Part shown: positions 60,711 to 64,000 of the stretch, piece by piece
How the letters are laid out: the number at the start of each line of letters is the position of its first letter
Position numbering within the stretch: the first letter of the stretch is position 1
NCBI GenBank assembly: GCA_030141605.1
Contig: JAQGDQ010000324.1
Span: 145,125 to 209,124 of the forward strand
Direction: 5' to 3'
From: Tubiluchus corallicola
Taxonomy: Eukaryota > Animalia > Priapulida
DNA length: 64,000 nucleotides
The notes under the pieces: generated by a model
Told to the model about the DNA's origin: nothing
Seen by the model: the letters and a program-made list of their open reading frames with translations, nothing else
Database searches by the model: none
Made by a program: the position numbers and the translations under genes

Positions 60711-62420
60711 CTTCACCCAAGAAATCATGTTTTTAATACTACTTTTGTGACTAGTTTGATAAGCATATCTTTAAGAATCCTAAGTAGTCTCCATATCAGT
60801 CTTTCTCAAGTGAAGTCGCTGATAAACCAACCTTCTCAGAATAAAACAAAAGTTAGCCAAACATTCCGCCACATCACAGCGTGGTGACTTTAACATAGTT
60901 TAATATTTGATACTTAAAGTGCAACATCAAATGCAGCACACAGCTTGATCGCTAACTGTTCAGTTTTTCAGAAACTGGAAAGTAAGAGTGACTTTTGTTA
61001 ATTGAACACAGTAACCACGCATTCTTTGCTATATAACTGCGTGTGAGTCCAGTGACTATAGAGCTAAAAAGTTAGTGAAGATGAGTTTTGACAGCAAAAC
61101 AGGTATCACAGAAGGTGAGAGACTTTCGAACTTACTACACCAAATATCCTCTCTTTTCTACAACGTGTATTAGTGAAATTTTACAAAACTAATTCTGAAG
61201 ATTGCATGAAACTGTAGAACAAGGATCATAGATAAGTGATACAACACTGCAAGCTGAACTGCATATTGTGCAACTTACTGTAAATCCAATTGCCTTATTC
61301 CTAACCTACACTGAGCATTACTTACATGTGCATAATTTCTCGTATCAGCAAAATTAATATCAATAAAACACATTATAGTTTATAGTGTCATTTACAGCAA
61401 TAAATCACTTTGCAAGCAACAGCTGTCGCCTGCTGTCTAATGTCACACATTGTCGCCACCCGGGCCCGGTAGTCGCACCCTCGTCTGCAGCTGATGGTCT
61501 CCTAATCCCAAGTCTCCTGCTGATGCGTCTTCAATTTGGTATCCGAGAGACTAAATAAGTAAAGAAAGCAAAATTTACAATTAAAGTTTGTTCAAAACTA
61601 TTCATTTTAAATTAAATGATTGCAGTTCTCATGACCAAACATTAATTTGTACTTTCCATGTTCTAAAGCTCGGCAATAATGTGCATTTCACTACATCAGC
61701 AAAAAATAATAATAATAATAATTATGCATCACAAAATTGAGTTATTTTTTCTGAAAAATGACTAATGTGGCATTTATGTAGCATCTGGATGCCGTATGCA
61801 TTTTGTGTGATACGAAATACATAAAATCAGTTTATATTGTTTTTCATGCACCCGTTTATCCAGCCTGCGTATGCGTTATTCTTTTCTGCATCTAATCCCA
61901 TTAATTTTTTTCTGCAGGCTGTTCCGCAGGTGAAAAACGCATACGCATATGCATCCAGGGGTGCAACATACGCACAACATTGCACACCACTGACATTATA
62001 ATAGGTATATTCAGAAATAGTTCGAGAGACACTAGAGAAATCAAGAATGTCGTTTTTGTAGAAGTACAGCACGACTGTTTGCAGGCATACTATAGAATAT
62101 ACAAGTGGTATGAAATTAGTAGCACACTACAGTGAGGTTAACGATAAATGATACGTGGCAATCATTTTGAATGATACAATATCACAGCTTGTAGCATTCA
62201 AACAAATTCACGTTGATTAGCAAACAAAAATAATATGAGGCAGATCAAAACTTGCACAAAATACAATATATTTGCCAATCACGATTAACCATTTTAGCTA
62301 GCTATTAACAGAAAACCTCATCAAAAGACAAATCTGCAGTTTGCAAACCTAAGAATTAAAATGAAGCATTCAGAAGCACAGTTTAGTATCAGTACTTATG
62401 CGTTTTCGGGCACTTATGTT

Positions 62421-63168
62421 TATTGTTCGAGGGACTCATTTCAAATCGCCACTCTTCTAGGTGTTGTTGTTGTTGTTGTTGTTGCTGTTGTTGTTGGGGG
62501 GATGACTTGAAAAAGAGCCTAAGGCTCCGTGAATTTGCAATGCACTGTCATGAAACTTCACACTAATATACTAGAACAAATTTCATATCGATTGACGGAG
62601 TCAGAGTTTCGGATTTGACATTTTGAATTCAAGATGTCCGTAAAACATTATTTTAGAAATGTCTAAAGCCTAAGTTTTCGCCAGTTTGCAATAGATTGCC
62701 GCGAAACTTTACTAGAACATACTATCTAGAACGAATTCCGCATGAAATGATGGAGTCGGATTTTCAATTTGCCATTTTGAACTCACGATGTTGGCGATGA
62801 CAACATTTTCGAAAAAGCTTAAGGCTCCGTCAATTCACATTGGATCATTATGAAATTTATAAAAATATAATAGAATAATTTTTGCACTGATTGACAGAGT
62901 TGGATTTTTGATCTGCAATCATGAATTTTAGATGGCAGCAATAACATCATAACAGAGACAAGTCTGAGTTCCACCAGTTTGTCATGAAACTCAACAGGAA
63001 GATACTAAAACGAATTCTGCATGGAGTGACAGGGCAGTATTTCTCGGTTTGCCATTTTAAATTCAAGCTTTAAATTAAATTCATTGGTGTCGGTTCTAAT
63101 CCATGATCTAATGTTTCAGCGAGTCCTCGACCAATAGGTTGAGTCACACTTGTCTTGGCAGCTCTTGT
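62421..63168 (+). mobile_element. Helentron-associated (HINE/DINE-1/pearl-like) non-autonomous element
   Basis: 5' TATTGTTCGAGGGACTC with subterminal inverted partner GAGTCCTCGACCAATA (63121). (GTT)n microsatellite near the 5' end, internal tandem subrepeats (TGACGGAGTC.GATTTT...CATTTTGAATTCAAGATG), short 3' hairpin. Confidence 0.6.
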
Positions 63169-64000
63169 GTAAATTTAAGATACAGAACTTGTCATTTTGT
63201 GACACTTACTTTAACATCAAGAACAATTTGCAAAGTGAAAATGCTTAAGAATAAGCCTTTTCACAGTTCCAGTGATTGATGATGATCCCATAAAAGGTCA
63301 AAGGTTAAGTGTACCAGACAATACATTTGTGTACACTTGACAACGCCACGCAGCCCATGCTATTGCAATAGTAACAGTTTTAGCAGCTAGCTAGAATCTT
63401 ACCTAGTTCATTTTTCTTGTTCCCAAGCAAGATCCTGCCAGTAAATCACTCTACGCACAGACTAATGCGTGATTAAGTAAAATATACATAAAACAAGTGG
63501 AGTTAGTGAAATAACGCTTTGCTTTACCCAAATGTCATGTGACGACTGTAGTTAAGATGCGCTGCTGTGGTACACTTAACCATTGAACTACAGCAACTGC
63601 GAGTGCGCACAATGAAACTATGAAAAGGCATAGGTAGATACAATTCTGCTTCTGAATAAACTGTCAACAGTTGAAAATTTGCACAAATTTTGCAATAGTA
63701 ATTTACTCAAACGTAACAAGAACTCAGCAAATGTACTCAACAAACAAAGCAGGCCGGTTACACAGAAAGAAAAAAAATCAATAATCCAGGTGCAAAAGGA
63801 CCAGGTAGCAAAAAAGTTCGAAGTAAAACACGAACAATGCAAAGAAACAATACAACGGAAATGCATCATGAAAGCCCGTAACATATAATGGTGAAAAGTG
63901 CTTACGCAGTTCTAGCTTAAGCTTGTGAGTCAAACTGAAATAAAATCACACCATCATATGCTACTAAATTAACTGCAGTACATTCACAATAATGTTAACA

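Noticed and set aside
61326-61550. GC-richer minus-strand segment with acceptor-like and donor-like ends
   Set aside because: All three frames contain stops. It could be a non-coding leader exon, but the sequence alone cannot support that.

Overview
AT-rich, intron- and repeat-rich animal (invertebrate-like) genomic DNA. Positions ~14.6-53.5 kb carry a minus-strand FMN-subfamily formin gene (formin-2/cappuccino-like). I assembled 19 GT-AG exons that stay in phase (4425 nt, 1475 codons from ATG 53480): a giant low-complexity exon, a DEP-like region, a coiled coil, FH1 and FH2. Its terminal exon and stop were not found in the window. Positions ~0.3-13.5 kb are a patchwork of recent segmental duplications holding a plus-strand tandem family that the ORF track misses. 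It has four intact two-exon genes (7-nt ATG exon, intron, ~200-nt exon) encoding 66-72 aa Arg/Ser-rich protamine-like proteins. Every one ends in a CaaX prenylation box (CKVQ, CNIQ, CNIQ, CNIL) after a hypervariable linker. Start-less and truncated paralogues lie between them. The remaining sequence holds MITEs, tRNA-derived SINEs, LINE 3' ends, Penelope-like repeats with decayed hammerhead cores, and mini/microsatellites. All coordinates were read by eye; repeat boundaries are approximate.
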